From an uncultured virus (IMG/VR IMGVR_UViG_3300043803_001357) (lineage: Duplodnaviria > Heunggongvirae > Uroviricota > Caudoviricetes), in IMG/VR virus record IMGVR_UViG_3300043803_001357, positions 1 to 64,000 of that record: a stretch of DNA of 64,000 bases. One strand, given 5' to 3'. The position numbers and the translations under genes are program-made. Positions 20,576-31,246 of the stretch are shown in pieces (within the stretch, counting starts at the first letter, position 1; each line of letters opens with the position of its first letter). A model generated the notes under the pieces. It saw only the letters and a list, made by a program, of their open reading frames with translations, was not told the origin of the DNA and did no database searches.

Positions 20576-22121
20576 GAAGTGTATTGAGGATCCAATATAC
20601 TTTATGAAAAAGTATGTTAAGATCCAACATCCTATTCGTGGTACTTGTAACTTTGAATTGTTTCCTTTTCAAGAGACAACTCTATCAGACTTCGTAGATA
20701 ATAGTCTTAATATTGTATTAAAAAGTCGTCAGATGGGTATTAGTACTCTTACAGCAGCTTATAGTTTGTGGTTAATGACATTCCATAACGATAAGAATAT
20801 TCTTTGTATTAGTATTACTCAAGAAACCGCAAAAGAAATCGTTACCAAAGTTAGATTTGCTAATGATAACTTGCCGTCTTGGTTAAAAGTTCCCTGTGTA
20901 GAAGACAATCGTCTTTCATTACGTCTAAAAAATGGATCGCAAATCAAAGCAGTATCATCTGCTGGTACCGCTGGTCGATCATCCGCACTATCTTTACTAA
21001 TCATTGACGAAGCTGCATTTATTGACGGTATTGAAGAAATTTGGTTGTCATCACAATATACACTGTCTACTGGTGGTAGAGCTATTATATTAAGTACGCC
21101 AAATGGTGTTGGTAATTTCTTTCATAAAACGTGGGTAGAAGCTGAAGAAGGTAAGAACAACTTTAAAACAATACGATTACCATGGCATCTACATCCAGAA
21201 AGAGATCAAGCTTGGAGAGATAAACAAACAGAATTGTCAGGTGTAAAAGGTGCAGCGCAAGAATGTGATTGTGATTTTAGTACATCTGGTAATCAAGTTG
21301 TGAGTATTGATATTTTAGAGTTTTATAAACAAACTTATATTAAAGATCCAATTGAAAAACGTGGTAATAATCAAGATTTTTGGATATGGGATTATCCAAA
21401 TTATAGTAAAAATTACATATTAACGGCCGACTGTGCGAGAGGAGATGGAGCAGATTATAGCGCATTTCATATCTTTGACATAGAAACATTGGAACAAGTT
21501 GCGGAATATAAAGGACAATTAACTACCAAGGATTATGGAAACTTGTTGGTAAGTGTTGCAACTGAATATAATAATGCGTTATTAGTCGTGGAAAACAATA
21601 ACGTGGGTTGGGCTACACTTCAACAAATTATAGATAGAGATTATCAAAATACATTTTATAGTGCAGCTGATTTAACTGTTATAGATGTGGAAAAAACATA
21701 TACTAATAAATTAAATTCGGCGGACAAAAAATTAGTGGCCGGATTTACAACCACTAGTAAAAATAGACCATTAATCATTAGTAAACTAGAAAACTTTTTT
21801 AGAGAAAAAGGTGTTATAATCAAGTCTAAAAGACTTTATGAGGAATTGAATGTGTTTATATGGAATGGAGCTAAAGCTGAGGCTATGAAGGGATATAATG
21901 ATGATTTAGTTATGTCACTAGGCATTGGATTGTGGATTCGTGAAACAGCTTTAAAACTTAGAAACGAACAAATAGCTTATAATAAAGCAATGGTTTCTAA
22001 AATATCAAAAGTAACAAGTCAAATAACTGTGCCAAAACAAGTAAGCACTGTACCTGATCATCAAAAGACGATGGAATTTACTGTAAATGACAAAAAAGAA
22101 AGTTTAACTTGGTTGTTGTAA
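20532..22121 (+). CDS. terL: Terminase large subunit (T4 gp17-like)
   Basis: KSRQMGIST Walker A, LIIDEAAF Walker B, LSTPNG, ADCARGDGADYS, GYNDDLVM nuclease motifs. Confidence 0.96.
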   Translation: MSQPNLREIIKQEYKKCIEDPIYFMKKYVKIQHPIRGTCNFELFPFQETTLSDFVDNSLNIVLKSRQMGISTLTAAYSLWLMTFHNDKNILCISITQETAKEIVTKVRFANDNLPSWLKVPCVEDNRLSLRLKNGSQIKAVSSAGTAGRSSALSLLIIDEAAFIDGIEEIWLSSQYTLSTGGRAIILSTPNGVGNFFHKTWVEAEEGKNNFKTIRLPWHLHPERDQAWRDKQTELSGVKGAAQECDCDFSTSGNQVVSIDILEFYKQTYIKDPIEKRGNNQDFWIWDYPNYSKNYILTADCARGDGADYSAFHIFDIETLEQVAEYKGQLTTKDYGNLLVSVATEYNNALLVVENNNVGWATLQQIIDRDYQNTFYSAADLTVIDVEKTYTNKLNSADKKLVAGFTTTSKNRPLIISKLENFFREKGVIIKSKRLYEELNVFIWNGAKAEAMKGYNDDLVMSLGIGLWIRETALKLRNEQIAYNKAMVSKISKVTSQITVPKQVSTVPDHQKTMEFTVNDKKESLTWLL

Positions 22122-22142
22122 ATACTTATATACTAGAATAAT

Positions 22143-24044
22143 ATGGCAGATAAATCTTTTCAAGAATTACGCAATCGTTCATTATTTGCACGTTTGAAAC
22201 GTTTGTTTTCAAATGATGTAATTGTTCGTAATATCGGTGGTAAAAAATTAAAAGTAATTGATACTGACGAAATTCAGTATGCTACAGATCGTAATAGTTT
22301 AAGAGATCGTTTTAATAGATTACGCACCACTTCATATAATCAATACACAAGAGATTTCAATTTATCATATCAAAGTAGTCGTGTAGAACTATTTCGTGAT
22401 TATGATACAATGGATATGGATCCAATTCTAGCATCTGCATTGGATATCTATGCAGATGAATGTACAACTAGAAATGAAATGGGTGAAGTAATTCATATCA
22501 AATCATCCAACGATGAAATCAAGCAAATTCTACACAATTTGTTTTATGACATTTTAAACATCGAATTCAATCTTTGGAGTTGGACTCGTTGTATGGTCAA
22601 ATACGGAGATTTTTATCTACGTTTACATATTAGCCCTGAATATGGTGTTTATTTGGTAGAACCATTGAGCACTTATTATGTAACCCGTGTAGAAAACGCA
22701 CATTTATCAAATAAGAATTTTGTTAAGTTCCAAGTCAACCTTCCATATGGTAATAAACTAGAAGATCTGGAAAATTATCAAATTGCACATTTTCGTTTGT
22801 TGAGTGATAGTAACTTTTTGCCATACGGAAAAAGTTCTTTAGAAGGTGCTCGTCGCGTATGGAAACAATTGAGTTTGATGGAAGACGCAATGTTAATTCA
22901 TCGTATTATGCGTGCTCCTGAAAAACGTATTTTCAAGGTTGACATCGGTAATATTCCTCCAAATGAAGTTGATAACCATATGCAACGCATTATGGATCAA
23001 ATGAAAAAAGTACCATATTTGGATCAACAAACAGGCGACTACAATTTAAGATTCAATTTGCAGAACATGGTAGAAGACTTTTTCTTGCCAGTTCGTGGTA
23101 GTGATAGTGGTACAAGTATCGAAAACTTGTCTGGTCTAGAATGGACAGGTACTGATGATATTGAATATCTGCGTAACAAAATGATGGCAGCGCTTAAGAT
23201 TCCCAAAGCATTTTTAGGTTATGATGAAAGTCTAAGCGGTAAAGCTACATTGGCAGCTGAAGATATACGTTTTGCTAGAACTGTTCAACGTATTCAACGT
23301 ATTATTGTAAGTGAGTTAAATAAGATTGCGGTTATTCATTTATATTCACAAGGATATAGAGATGAATCGTTGGTCGATTTTACATTGGAATTGACCAATC
23401 CATCTACTATCTTTGAAAAAGAAAAGATCGACGTATATAAAAGCAAAGTCGAACTCTCCAAAGATATGCAAGAACAAAAAGTATTTTCTAAGAAGTGGAT
23501 CTATGAAAATATTTTTGGTTTATCAGATCAAGATATGATTGAGTTGCAAAAACAACTTATCGATGATGCTAAAGGTACATATAGATTTAAACAAATCGAA
23601 GAAGAAGGCAATGATCCAGCATTATCATTCTTAAACAAGGACGATAAAGAAGGAGCCGGTGGATCCGGTGGTGGGCCAGGTGGTGAACCAGGCGGCGCCG
23701 AGCCAGCTGGCGGTGAGCCAGGCGGAGAACCGCCAGGTGGAGGCGAACCAAAAGGTGGTGAAACTGGTGGGGAAAAATCAACACCCCCAAAATTAGCAGA
23801 ACGTGATCAAACTGGTAGAAAAGATGCACGTGATTATCGATTTGGCGAAGATCCATTGGGTACATTAGAAAACAATAGACGTAGTGATTTGTCTGTGACG
23901 CACAAGTATAAAAACAAGTCTCCGCTATCACTAGAATCTATTAAAGGATTGACCGATGTACTAAAAACTTTAGACCAAGAAAAAGAAATATTACGAGAGG
24001 GAAGTAAAAAATCTTTTATGGATGAACAAAATATAAAAGAATAG
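22143..24044 (+). CDS. Portal protein (T4 gp20-like)
   Basis: LMEDAMLIHRIMRAPEKRIFKVDIGN, EDFFLPVRG, ALKIPKAFL. Confidence 0.95.
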   Translation: MADKSFQELRNRSLFARLKRLFSNDVIVRNIGGKKLKVIDTDEIQYATDRNSLRDRFNRLRTTSYNQYTRDFNLSYQSSRVELFRDYDTMDMDPILASALDIYADECTTRNEMGEVIHIKSSNDEIKQILHNLFYDILNIEFNLWSWTRCMVKYGDFYLRLHISPEYGVYLVEPLSTYYVTRVENAHLSNKNFVKFQVNLPYGNKLEDLENYQIAHFRLLSDSNFLPYGKSSLEGARRVWKQLSLMEDAMLIHRIMRAPEKRIFKVDIGNIPPNEVDNHMQRIMDQMKKVPYLDQQTGDYNLRFNLQNMVEDFFLPVRGSDSGTSIENLSGLEWTGTDDIEYLRNKMMAALKIPKAFLGYDESLSGKATLAAEDIRFARTVQRIQRIIVSELNKIAVIHLYSQGYRDESLVDFTLELTNPSTIFEKEKIDVYKSKVELSKDMQEQKVFSKKWIYENIFGLSDQDMIELQKQLIDDAKGTYRFKQIEEEGNDPALSFLNKDDKEGAGGSGGGPGGEPGGAEPAGGEPGGEPPGGGEPKGGETGGEKSTPPKLAERDQTGRKDARDYRFGEDPLGTLENNRRSDLSVTHKYKNKSPLSLESIKGLTDVLKTLDQEKEILREGSKKSFMDEQNIKE

Positions 24045-24100
24045 TATAATTCCTACATATTTAACCACATTGATTATATTTATAAATAATAATAAATAAT

Positions 24101-24979
24101 ATGCACAAGAAAGCAAAACATTCGAAATTCAAGAATGCTGGAATATTGTTTGAACTACTCACTAGACAAATAACAGCCGACATTCTAGCGGGGAGAGATG
24201 AATCATTTACCAAAAATCTGATGTTCAAGTATTTTCACGAAAGCAAAGAACTAGGAAAAGAAGTGCAACTTTACAATTTCATCCTACAACAAAAAAGCAA
24301 AGATGCTTCTTCCGCTGAACGTCTTTTGAATGTTGTTTTGCAAACACGTTCCAAACTAGATGAACGCGAATTGAACAAGCAAAAGTACAACATAATTAAA
24401 GAAATAAAAGAGAAGTATAATATAGACGAATTTTTGAAAAATAAAATTCCAAATTATAAGTTATACGCCTCTATATACAAATTATTTGAAGATCAAGATA
24501 AAAGTGAAGTCAAGTTTGATGTATCTGAATTGTTAGAATCAAGAGAATATATTGTTGAGAGCTTAACAAAAGAAAAGAAGTCAGAACAAGAAATGATGGA
24601 TGTTTATGGAAATCAAAGTGCTGAAGTTAGATTGTTGGCCTATAAATTCTTGATTGAAAACTTCAATACCAAATACAACAATCTTTTGCCAGATCAAAAG
24701 AAACTTCTAAAAGAATATATTACTAATGTTTCCAACTCCAGTAAATTTACAAAATACGTCAACGAAGAGTACAAGAGAATAAGTGGAGTATTAAAAGATC
24801 AAGTGAAGAATGTTACCTCTGAAGTGGTTAAAATTAAAATAAATGAAGTTATTAGTCAGTTTTCAACAAAATCTTGTGTTGGCGTAATTAAAGAAAATCA
24901 ATTGACTTCATTGTTAAATGTATACGAATTGATAGAAGAAATTAAAAAGATTGATGTCAAAAATGAAGCAAAATCTTAA
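24101..24979 (+). CDS. Hypothetical head-cluster protein
   Basis: 292-aa helical ORF between portal and protease; KHSKFKNAGILFELL N-terminus. Confidence 0.65.
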   Translation: MHKKAKHSKFKNAGILFELLTRQITADILAGRDESFTKNLMFKYFHESKELGKEVQLYNFILQQKSKDASSAERLLNVVLQTRSKLDERELNKQKYNIIKEIKEKYNIDEFLKNKIPNYKLYASIYKLFEDQDKSEVKFDVSELLESREYIVESLTKEKKSEQEMMDVYGNQSAEVRLLAYKFLIENFNTKYNNLLPDQKKLLKEYITNVSNSSKFTKYVNEEYKRISGVLKDQVKNVTSEVVKIKINEVISQFSTKSCVGVIKENQLTSLLNVYELIEEIKKIDVKNEAKS

Positions 24980-25955
24980 ACAAAAGATTAAAAAGATTTT
25001 AACCAACCTAAAGGTTAAAAATGAAGCTAGTACAACAGGTACCGCACCTGTTGCTTCTGGTCCAGTTGCTGTTGGTGGTGACGCTGCAAGAACTCCATTT
25101 GCTTTTTCCAAAAGAGGAGCAAGACCAGATACATACACACAATTGGGATATAAATTAGCTAAGCCAATTAAAAGAAGTCCTAATTATAAGTTGGAAAATC
25201 AAATGTATAGTGAACCAGCATATAGTACTCCTGCTCAATCAATTGAATTGGGAGATACATATACAGATAAAAATGGATTGGTTCAACATAATGATCCAAA
25301 TTTAGATCCAAATTTGATTGGTTATAAACAAGGAAGTTTACCATTTACTGAAGGTTTTAATGGTTTAAAATATGAACAAGAAGGTCAGAAAGCTTCTGTT
25401 CCACAACCGTCACCTGCTCAACCTCCAACTCAACAACCAAAGCAAGCCGAACCTTCACCATCTGTAGATTTAAAAACATATGATGTATTGCCTGATTTTA
25501 CAGCATTTGATACCAAGTTAAAAGGTTCAACCGAGGCATTAAAGAACAATCTACAAAAAACAATCCAAGACAAAATTTTAGGTAAGAAAATCGTAGTTAG
25601 AGCCAGTAAAGGATATAAACAACCTGAGACAGATTATACTATAAATGTAACTGGTGTTGCTATTGATTATTACTACGACAGATACGTTATTATAATAATT
25701 GGTCGTGAAGAAAATAAACAAAAAGTAGCTAAATTTTTCATCAAGCCAGGATTTAAACTTAAAATTTTAGGTAATGCTGATAATTTGAAACCAAAAGATC
25801 AATATCAAGTTGCTAAATCAAAAGCATTGGTTGACCCTCAAAGTCAACAAAATGTTGTTCCACAAAACACAATAACCGCAGATAAGCAAGACGCAACTGT
25901 TGCAAATCAACCAGATCAATCAAAACAACCAGGAACAACACAACCTAAAGCTTAA
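24963..25955 (+). CDS. Hypothetical protein with P/Q-rich linkers
   Basis: ORF 24951..25955, likely start 24963; EASTTG..TPFAF motif. Confidence 0.6.
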   Translation: MKQNLKQKIKKILTNLKVKNEASTTGTAPVASGPVAVGGDAARTPFAFSKRGARPDTYTQLGYKLAKPIKRSPNYKLENQMYSEPAYSTPAQSIELGDTYTDKNGLVQHNDPNLDPNLIGYKQGSLPFTEGFNGLKYEQEGQKASVPQPSPAQPPTQQPKQAEPSPSVDLKTYDVLPDFTAFDTKLKGSTEALKNNLQKTIQDKILGKKIVVRASKGYKQPETDYTINVTGVAIDYYYDRYVIIIIGREENKQKVAKFFIKPGFKLKILGNADNLKPKDQYQVAKSKALVDPQSQQNVVPQNTITADKQDATVANQPDQSKQPGTTQPKA

Positions 25956-25962
25956 CACATAT

Positions 25963-26565
25963 ATGAAACAAGTATTGATAGACATATTACCATTTGAATT
26001 TAAAAAGACATCTTTAAATGAATCTCTTAAAGATGGAAAACTATACGTAACCGGCGTATTACAACGTGCGGATGCAAAGAATCAAAATGGAAGAGTGTAC
26101 CCAGAAGATGTACTAAAGCGTGAAGCTGAAAAGTATATGCAAAACTTCGTAAAACAACGTCGTGCTATGGGTGAGTTGGATCATCCAGAAAGCAGCGTGG
26201 TTAACTTAAAGAACGTTAGTCACAACATTGTTGATATGGGTTGGGAAGACAAAGATTTGGTTGGAACAGTTGAAATACTGCCCACACCAAGTGGTAATAT
26301 TCTTAGAGATTTATTGCAATCTGGAATTTTATTAGGTATTAGCAGCAGAGGATTAGGCAGTGTTAAAAAAGATATGAGAGAAGGTGCCGACATTGTACAA
26401 GACGATTTTGATTTGATCGCATTTGACTTTGTAAGCAATCCTAGTACACAAGGTGCCTTTATGTATCCTCAAGGCAAAATCAATGAAAGTGTAGAACAAA
26501 GAACAATTGTCAACCCATACGGTAATGTAGAAAGAATTATTCACAACATTCTATCAGAATTATAA
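25963..26565 (+). CDS. Prohead core protease (T4 gp21-like)
   Basis: QRADAKNQNGRVYP, GELDHP, VSH, GISSRGLGS, DFVSNPS; start reassigned to 25963. Confidence 0.93.
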   Translation: MKQVLIDILPFEFKKTSLNESLKDGKLYVTGVLQRADAKNQNGRVYPEDVLKREAEKYMQNFVKQRRAMGELDHPESSVVNLKNVSHNIVDMGWEDKDLVGTVEILPTPSGNILRDLLQSGILLGISSRGLGSVKKDMREGADIVQDDFDLIAFDFVSNPSTQGAFMYPQGKINESVEQRTIVNPYGNVERIIHNILSEL

Positions 26566-26577
26566 TATTTATAAAGT

Positions 26578-27009
26578 ATGAAATTAAAACATTTACTAGA
26601 AAATTCCACTGAAGTAGCTTATAGTCCACTTACCAAAGAAGAAAAGTCAAAAATGGTTGGTGCTATTAGATCCTATAATGAATATCGCAAGGGATTAAAA
26701 GCCGATTGTGTATATGAAACTGCACAAAAAATTATGGAGGCTGTTAATCTAGCAGAACGCTACGCAATTAAAGAATGTGGCGACTGGATGCAAGCCAAAA
26801 TGGTTGAACGTGATATGAAAGAAATCAAAAGAGACGCTGCCAAAATGTATGAAGAAGCCAACAAAATGAAAGAAATTGAAAAACAACTTGAAATGTTGTA
26901 TGAACAAGTTGGTATGAGATTGGAACGTTATTTTGAAATTGCCGACCAAGTACACACTGATCCAAAACCACAAGAAGGCACTATTAACTCATCGGTATCG
27001 AATCAATAA
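26578..27009 (+). CDS. Hypothetical coiled-coil protein
   Basis: MKLKHLLEN N-terminus; LYEQVGMRLERYFEI; TATTTAT 5 nt upstream. Confidence 0.65.
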   Translation: MKLKHLLENSTEVAYSPLTKEEKSKMVGAIRSYNEYRKGLKADCVYETAQKIMEAVNLAERYAIKECGDWMQAKMVERDMKEIKRDAAKMYEEANKMKEIEKQLEMLYEQVGMRLERYFEIADQVHTDPKPQEGTINSSVSNQ

Positions 27010-27442
27010 ATTCCAACATTTTATCGAACGATTCAAAAACGTATCTTCTATTTGCTTCTATCACATAACCTTCGTCTGTTTTATAGACGAAGGTTTTTCT
27101 TTTCTCGTTGACCATATCTAAAGATGGAACTTCTATTTCAGAAAACATTCTGTATTCATCATCTATACGAAAATTCATTTCACCCAATATATCAATTTCC
27201 GTAAAATCCCATCCGTTTGGATTATCTATATCTTCTAACTTAAACATTTTTTCTTCTTCAAAATTATCATTGTTTATAAAGTTAATTAATTTTGGAGACT
27301 TATAATTGTTGTAGCTATTATTCATAGAACGCACATCTGGGTTGGAATATGGAGTTTCGTCCCCAGTTCTTTTTATAAACTTATAATTGTCTTTTGTGGA
27401 ATTCATATGTTTAGCTAGATTTGGATTGAAATTATAGGCCAT
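26984..27442 (-). CDS. Hypothetical protein
   Basis: 152-aa ORF overlapping the stop of the upstream minus-strand gene. Confidence 0.6.
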   Translation of the reverse strand: MAYNFNPNLAKHMNSTKDNYKFIKRTGDETPYSNPDVRSMNNSYNNYKSPKLINFINNDNFEEEKMFKLEDIDNPNGWDFTEIDILGEMNFRIDDEYRMFSEIEVPSLDMVNEKRKTFVYKTDEGYVIEANRRYVFESFDKMLEFIDSIPMS

Positions 27443-28025
27443 AAGAGTTAATTCTATCTATAAAGTCAGATAGGGTTTTTGTTTGTTCAGAATCTTTATT
27501 CTTATCCAAAGCAGTACTTAACATACTGAATATTTCTTTGTCTGGTTTATCAGGATAAGATCTTTGAATAAAACAAGCATATACAATTAAATTTTCATTT
27601 TTTTGATCTATGAGCTTTTTAAACACATATTTCTTGGTACTACCATTACTAAATATTTCAGTTTCTATTTTTGTATTTTCTGGTGGGTTAGGAATAAAAT
27701 TTGTTTTTCCAAATCCACTAAATCCCGCTTGTTTACTTTGAAAAGTTAACATTTCTTTTTTAGTAAACGCAATACCTTCATTTTCTTTTAGCACTTGGTT
27801 AAATGATTTGCCTTTAATGATATCAAAATCACTTAATGAATATTCTGCTTCATTAAGACTTTTCAATATTTCTTTCAATTTAACAAAGTGTTTTACACTA
27901 CTTGGTTTGATGGTACGTGCCATCTTACGAACTTGTGGTGAAACTTCTTTTGATTTGATTCCACCTTTTTGTAGTGCTCTTACCAATCTAAATAGTCTGG
28001 CTTGTTTTTCGCTTTTTGCAGGCAT
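27432..28025 (-). CDS. Hypothetical protein with DUF3008-like N-terminus
   Basis: MPAKSEKQARLF..KG..SPQVRKMA; TATTTAT on minus strand 6 nt upstream. Confidence 0.6.
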   Translation of the reverse strand: MPAKSEKQARLFRLVRALQKGGIKSKEVSPQVRKMARTIKPSSVKHFVKLKEILKSLNEAEYSLSDFDIIKGKSFNQVLKENEGIAFTKKEMLTFQSKQAGFSGFGKTNFIPNPPENTKIETEIFSNGSTKKYVFKKLIDQKNENLIVYACFIQRSYPDKPDKEIFSMLSTALDKNKDSEQTKTLSDFIDRINSYGL

Positions 28026-28180
28026 ATATCAATAAATATAAAATATTTTCATTTGTTTCAATTTTAAATTATATTTATTATTCAAATACATCATTCTTTG
28101 ATGTCACATACATTTATCTTCTTTGGAGTTCTTCAATAGCTTCACCAACAAATAACAATAAGAAAGGCAGAAATATAATT

Positions 28181-29257
28181 ATGAGCGATCTATTAAAAGA
28201 AAGCATTGCGGATGCAAAGGCTGTACGTGAAACAGCATTGGCAAATGCAAAGACCTTCCTCGAAGAAAGTTTTGCAAACAGTATGAAAGAAATGTTTGCA
28301 GATAAACTCAAGGAAGAAATGGCAGAAGAAACCGAAGCACCAGAAGGTGAAGAAGGCAAGATTGAAGAAAAACTTGCATCTTCTAACATTGGTAAGGATG
28401 ACAGCAATGTTGCTACAAAACAACACCCAACCAAACCATCACCAGCTTCAAATAAAAACACAACTCCAGCAGGTAAGCAAGAATTCGACGTAAAGCTTGA
28501 AGAAGAAGCTGCCGTTGAAGAAGGTGCTGAAGTAACTAGTGAAGAACTAGACGAAATTCTAGCAGAACTAGAAGGTGAAGTAGTATCCGAAGGAGATTCC
28601 GACGATGCCGGTGAATCTGATGATTCAATGGAAGAAGAAATTAATCTAGACGAACTTCTAGCAGAACTAGAAGGCGAAGATCCAGCAGCTGCACCAGCAC
28701 CTGCTCCAGCTCCAGAAGCTCCTGTTGCTCCAGCCGCTCCAGCTGCTGAAGTACCAGCTCCAGCCCCAGCTCAAGTTCCATCTCCTTCAGAAGGTGAATA
28801 CTCAGAAGAAGTATCCGCTGAAGAAATGGCAGAAGCTCTAGTAGCTATCAACGAAGAAAACGAACAACTAAAGTCTCAATTGAGCGAACACATCAAGACT
28901 GTAAAGTATTTGAAGAGTGTTCTATCTGAAACAAATCTATTGAATGCTAAGTTGCTCTACACCAACAAATTGTTCAAAGGTAAAGCTCTTACCGAAGATC
29001 AAAAGTTGAAGATCATCAACACTTTCGACTTGACCAAGAATATTCGTGAAGTCAAGTTGGCATATACAGTTTTAGCCGAATCACTTAATTCCGGTGCATC
29101 AGTTGTCAAGAAAAAGACCAATACAACTGCTCAAACTATCACCGAAGGTTTGGCAAGCAAACCAGTATCCAGTACAAAGCCTGATTCTACCATTGTAGAA
29201 CCTCAAGCTGAAGTAATGGCTTCAAGATTCCAAAAACTCGCAGGAATCAAGAAGTAA
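28181..29257 (+). CDS. Prohead scaffold/core protein
   Basis: Acidic, AP-rich; MSDLLKESIADAKAVRETA, NLLNAKLLY, RFQKLAGI; directly before the capsid gene; start reassigned to 28181 after GAAAGG. Confidence 0.8.
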   Translation: MSDLLKESIADAKAVRETALANAKTFLEESFANSMKEMFADKLKEEMAEETEAPEGEEGKIEEKLASSNIGKDDSNVATKQHPTKPSPASNKNTTPAGKQEFDVKLEEEAAVEEGAEVTSEELDEILAELEGEVVSEGDSDDAGESDDSMEEEINLDELLAELEGEDPAAAPAPAPAPEAPVAPAAPAAEVPAPAPAQVPSPSEGEYSEEVSAEEMAEALVAINEENEQLKSQLSEHIKTVKYLKSVLSETNLLNAKLLYTNKLFKGKALTEDQKLKIINTFDLTKNIREVKLAYTVLAESLNSGASVVKKKTNTTAQTITEGLASKPVSSTKPDSTIVEPQAEVMASRFQKLAGIKK

Positions 29258-29309
29258 TTAGTTTGCGAGTAAAAACCTAACAGTAATTAATATAGAAAGA
29301 AACAAAAAT

Positions 29310-31136
29310 ATGAGTATGGATGTAAAAAGTCTATTGACAGGAAATATGAATCCACAAGCCAAATTGATGGCTGAAACACGTGGACTACAATCCAAGTGGG
29401 AAAAGACAGGCCTCCTAGAAGGTTGCCAAGGTGTTGAAAAAGCACATATGTCAATCCTATTGGAAAACCAAGCAAAACAATTGCTTGACGAAGCAACCAC
29501 CACCGGTACCTCTACCAGTTCAGAACAATGGGCTGGTGTAGCTCTACCATTGGTACGTCGTGTATTCGCTGAAATCGCCGCTAAGGAATTCGTCAGCGTA
29601 CAACCAATGAATCTACCATCTGGTCTAATTTTCTATCTAGACTTCAAGTATGGTACAACCGCTCCTGGTAGTGATTTGCGTAACTTGAACAACGGTAGTT
29701 CCGTAACTACCCGTGCAGGTAAGCAATTGAACGACAGTTTGTTTGGTGGTACAGGTAAGAAGTTGGGTTCAACTGATGACGCAGTACGTGGTCTATACGG
29801 TCAAGGTGCTTTTGCTTATTCAGTTCGTCCAGTAAGTAGCTCTGCTATTACCCTAGCTAAGAGTGCAACTGCAACCGCAACTGGTAACACCATCCAAACC
29901 GCTTCTTGGAACGACGTTCAATTTGCTGCTGAATTAAGCGCATCTGTCGTAGCTAAGAAGTTGTTCAAGGTTATCTTGAACCACGACGACAACACCACTG
30001 GTGTTGCTGGTCAAGGATATATGTACAACGTTGACTTGAACGCAGTACGTTCATTCAACTTGATTTCAGGTTCAGTTGCACCAACTTCTCTAAGAAGCAA
30101 TGGTTTGGTATTGAACACCTATTCAAAAGCAATTAACACTGGTAGTTTGAGCAATCCATTCTATCAATCCGTATATATCGTATCCGCTTCTAATAGCGCA
30201 TTCGGTGGTGCAGCAAGCAACGTTAAGTTGATCTATAGTCTACAACCTACCGATAACCTACGTGGTGACTTCGAAGCTGGTAAGACCCCAGGTGAAGGTT
30301 CCGGTACCGCTGGTAACGTTCCTACACAAAGCATCGATACTGATATCAGTATCCCAGAAGTAAACTTGGTACTAAACAGCGAACCAATCGTTGCTAAGAC
30401 CCGTAAGTTGAAAGCAGTCTGGACCCCAGAATTGGCTCAAGACTTGAACGCATATCACTCCATCGACGCAGAAGCAGAACTTACTGCTCTATTGAGTGAA
30501 TATGTATCTATGGAAATCGATCTTGAAATCCTAGACATGTTGAACGAAGCCGTTCAAGGCATAACAACCGAAGCTTGGTCCGCCCAAATCGGTGTTGAAT
30601 TCAGCAAGGGATTGAATGCAACTACTGGTGAAGCAATCTTCACACGTAATGCAAACAGTTCACCAAACCGTACTGCTTACGTAAAGAGCACTTGGTTCCA
30701 AACTCTTGGAAACAAGATCCAAAAGGTATCTAACACAATCCAAAAATTGACCCTACGTGGTGGTGCAAACTTCTTGGTCGTAAGTCCAGACGTTGCAACT
30801 ATCCTAGAATCAATCCCAGGATATGTAGTAAACACTGATGGTGATCAAGCTAAGTTCGCAATGGGCGTAAGCCGCGTTGGTAGCTTTGCTTCTCGCTTCC
30901 AAGTTTACAAGAACCCATACATGACCGATAACGTAGTATTGGTTGGTTTCCGTGGAAACAACTTCCTAGAAACCGGTGCTGTATATGCTCCATATATCCC
31001 ACTAATCCAAACTCCATTGGTCTATGATCCAGTGAACTTCACTCCACGTAGAGGCGTAATGACCCGCTACGCTAAGAAGGTAGTGCGCCCAGAGTTCTAT
31101 GGAAAAGTTATTATCGGCGATCTCGATACCGTATAA
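29310..31136 (+). CDS. Major capsid protein (T4 gp23-like)
   Basis: KWEKTGLLEG, LLENQ, VSVQPMNLPSGLIF, AKTRKLKAVWTPELAQDLNAYHSIDAEAEL, YAPYIPL, TRYA. Confidence 0.97.
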   Translation: MSMDVKSLLTGNMNPQAKLMAETRGLQSKWEKTGLLEGCQGVEKAHMSILLENQAKQLLDEATTTGTSTSSEQWAGVALPLVRRVFAEIAAKEFVSVQPMNLPSGLIFYLDFKYGTTAPGSDLRNLNNGSSVTTRAGKQLNDSLFGGTGKKLGSTDDAVRGLYGQGAFAYSVRPVSSSAITLAKSATATATGNTIQTASWNDVQFAAELSASVVAKKLFKVILNHDDNTTGVAGQGYMYNVDLNAVRSFNLISGSVAPTSLRSNGLVLNTYSKAINTGSLSNPFYQSVYIVSASNSAFGGAASNVKLIYSLQPTDNLRGDFEAGKTPGEGSGTAGNVPTQSIDTDISIPEVNLVLNSEPIVAKTRKLKAVWTPELAQDLNAYHSIDAEAELTALLSEYVSMEIDLEILDMLNEAVQGITTEAWSAQIGVEFSKGLNATTGEAIFTRNANSSPNRTAYVKSTWFQTLGNKIQKVSNTIQKLTLRGGANFLVVSPDVATILESIPGYVVNTDGDQAKFAMGVSRVGSFASRFQVYKNPYMTDNVVLVGFRGNNFLETGAVYAPYIPLIQTPLVYDPVNFTPRRGVMTRYAKKVVRPEFYGKVIIGDLDTV

Positions 31137-31160
31137 TACTTAGTAGAAATAAAATAACTC

Positions 31161-31189
31161 AAAAACCCCAACGAAAGTTGGGGTTTTTT
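31161..31189. terminator. Rho-independent terminator after capsid gene, possibly bidirectional
   Basis: AAAAACCCCAAC-GAAA-GTTGGGGTTTTTT. Confidence 0.9.
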
Positions 31190-31209
31190 CTTGCACTAAT
31201 AAAAAATAA

Positions 31210-31238
31210 TTGACATTACCATAGAACTTGTATATACT
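31210..31238 (+). promoter_or_regulatory. Sigma70-type promoter for the endonuclease
   Basis: TTGACA-17 nt-TATACT, ATG 8 nt downstream. Confidence 0.8.
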
Positions 31239-31246
31239 TATATTAT

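Noticed and set aside
20532..31136. Introns or inteins in terminase, portal or capsid genes
   Set aside because: ORFs are continuous and no intein splice motifs were seen; the capsid insertion looks like a structural domain
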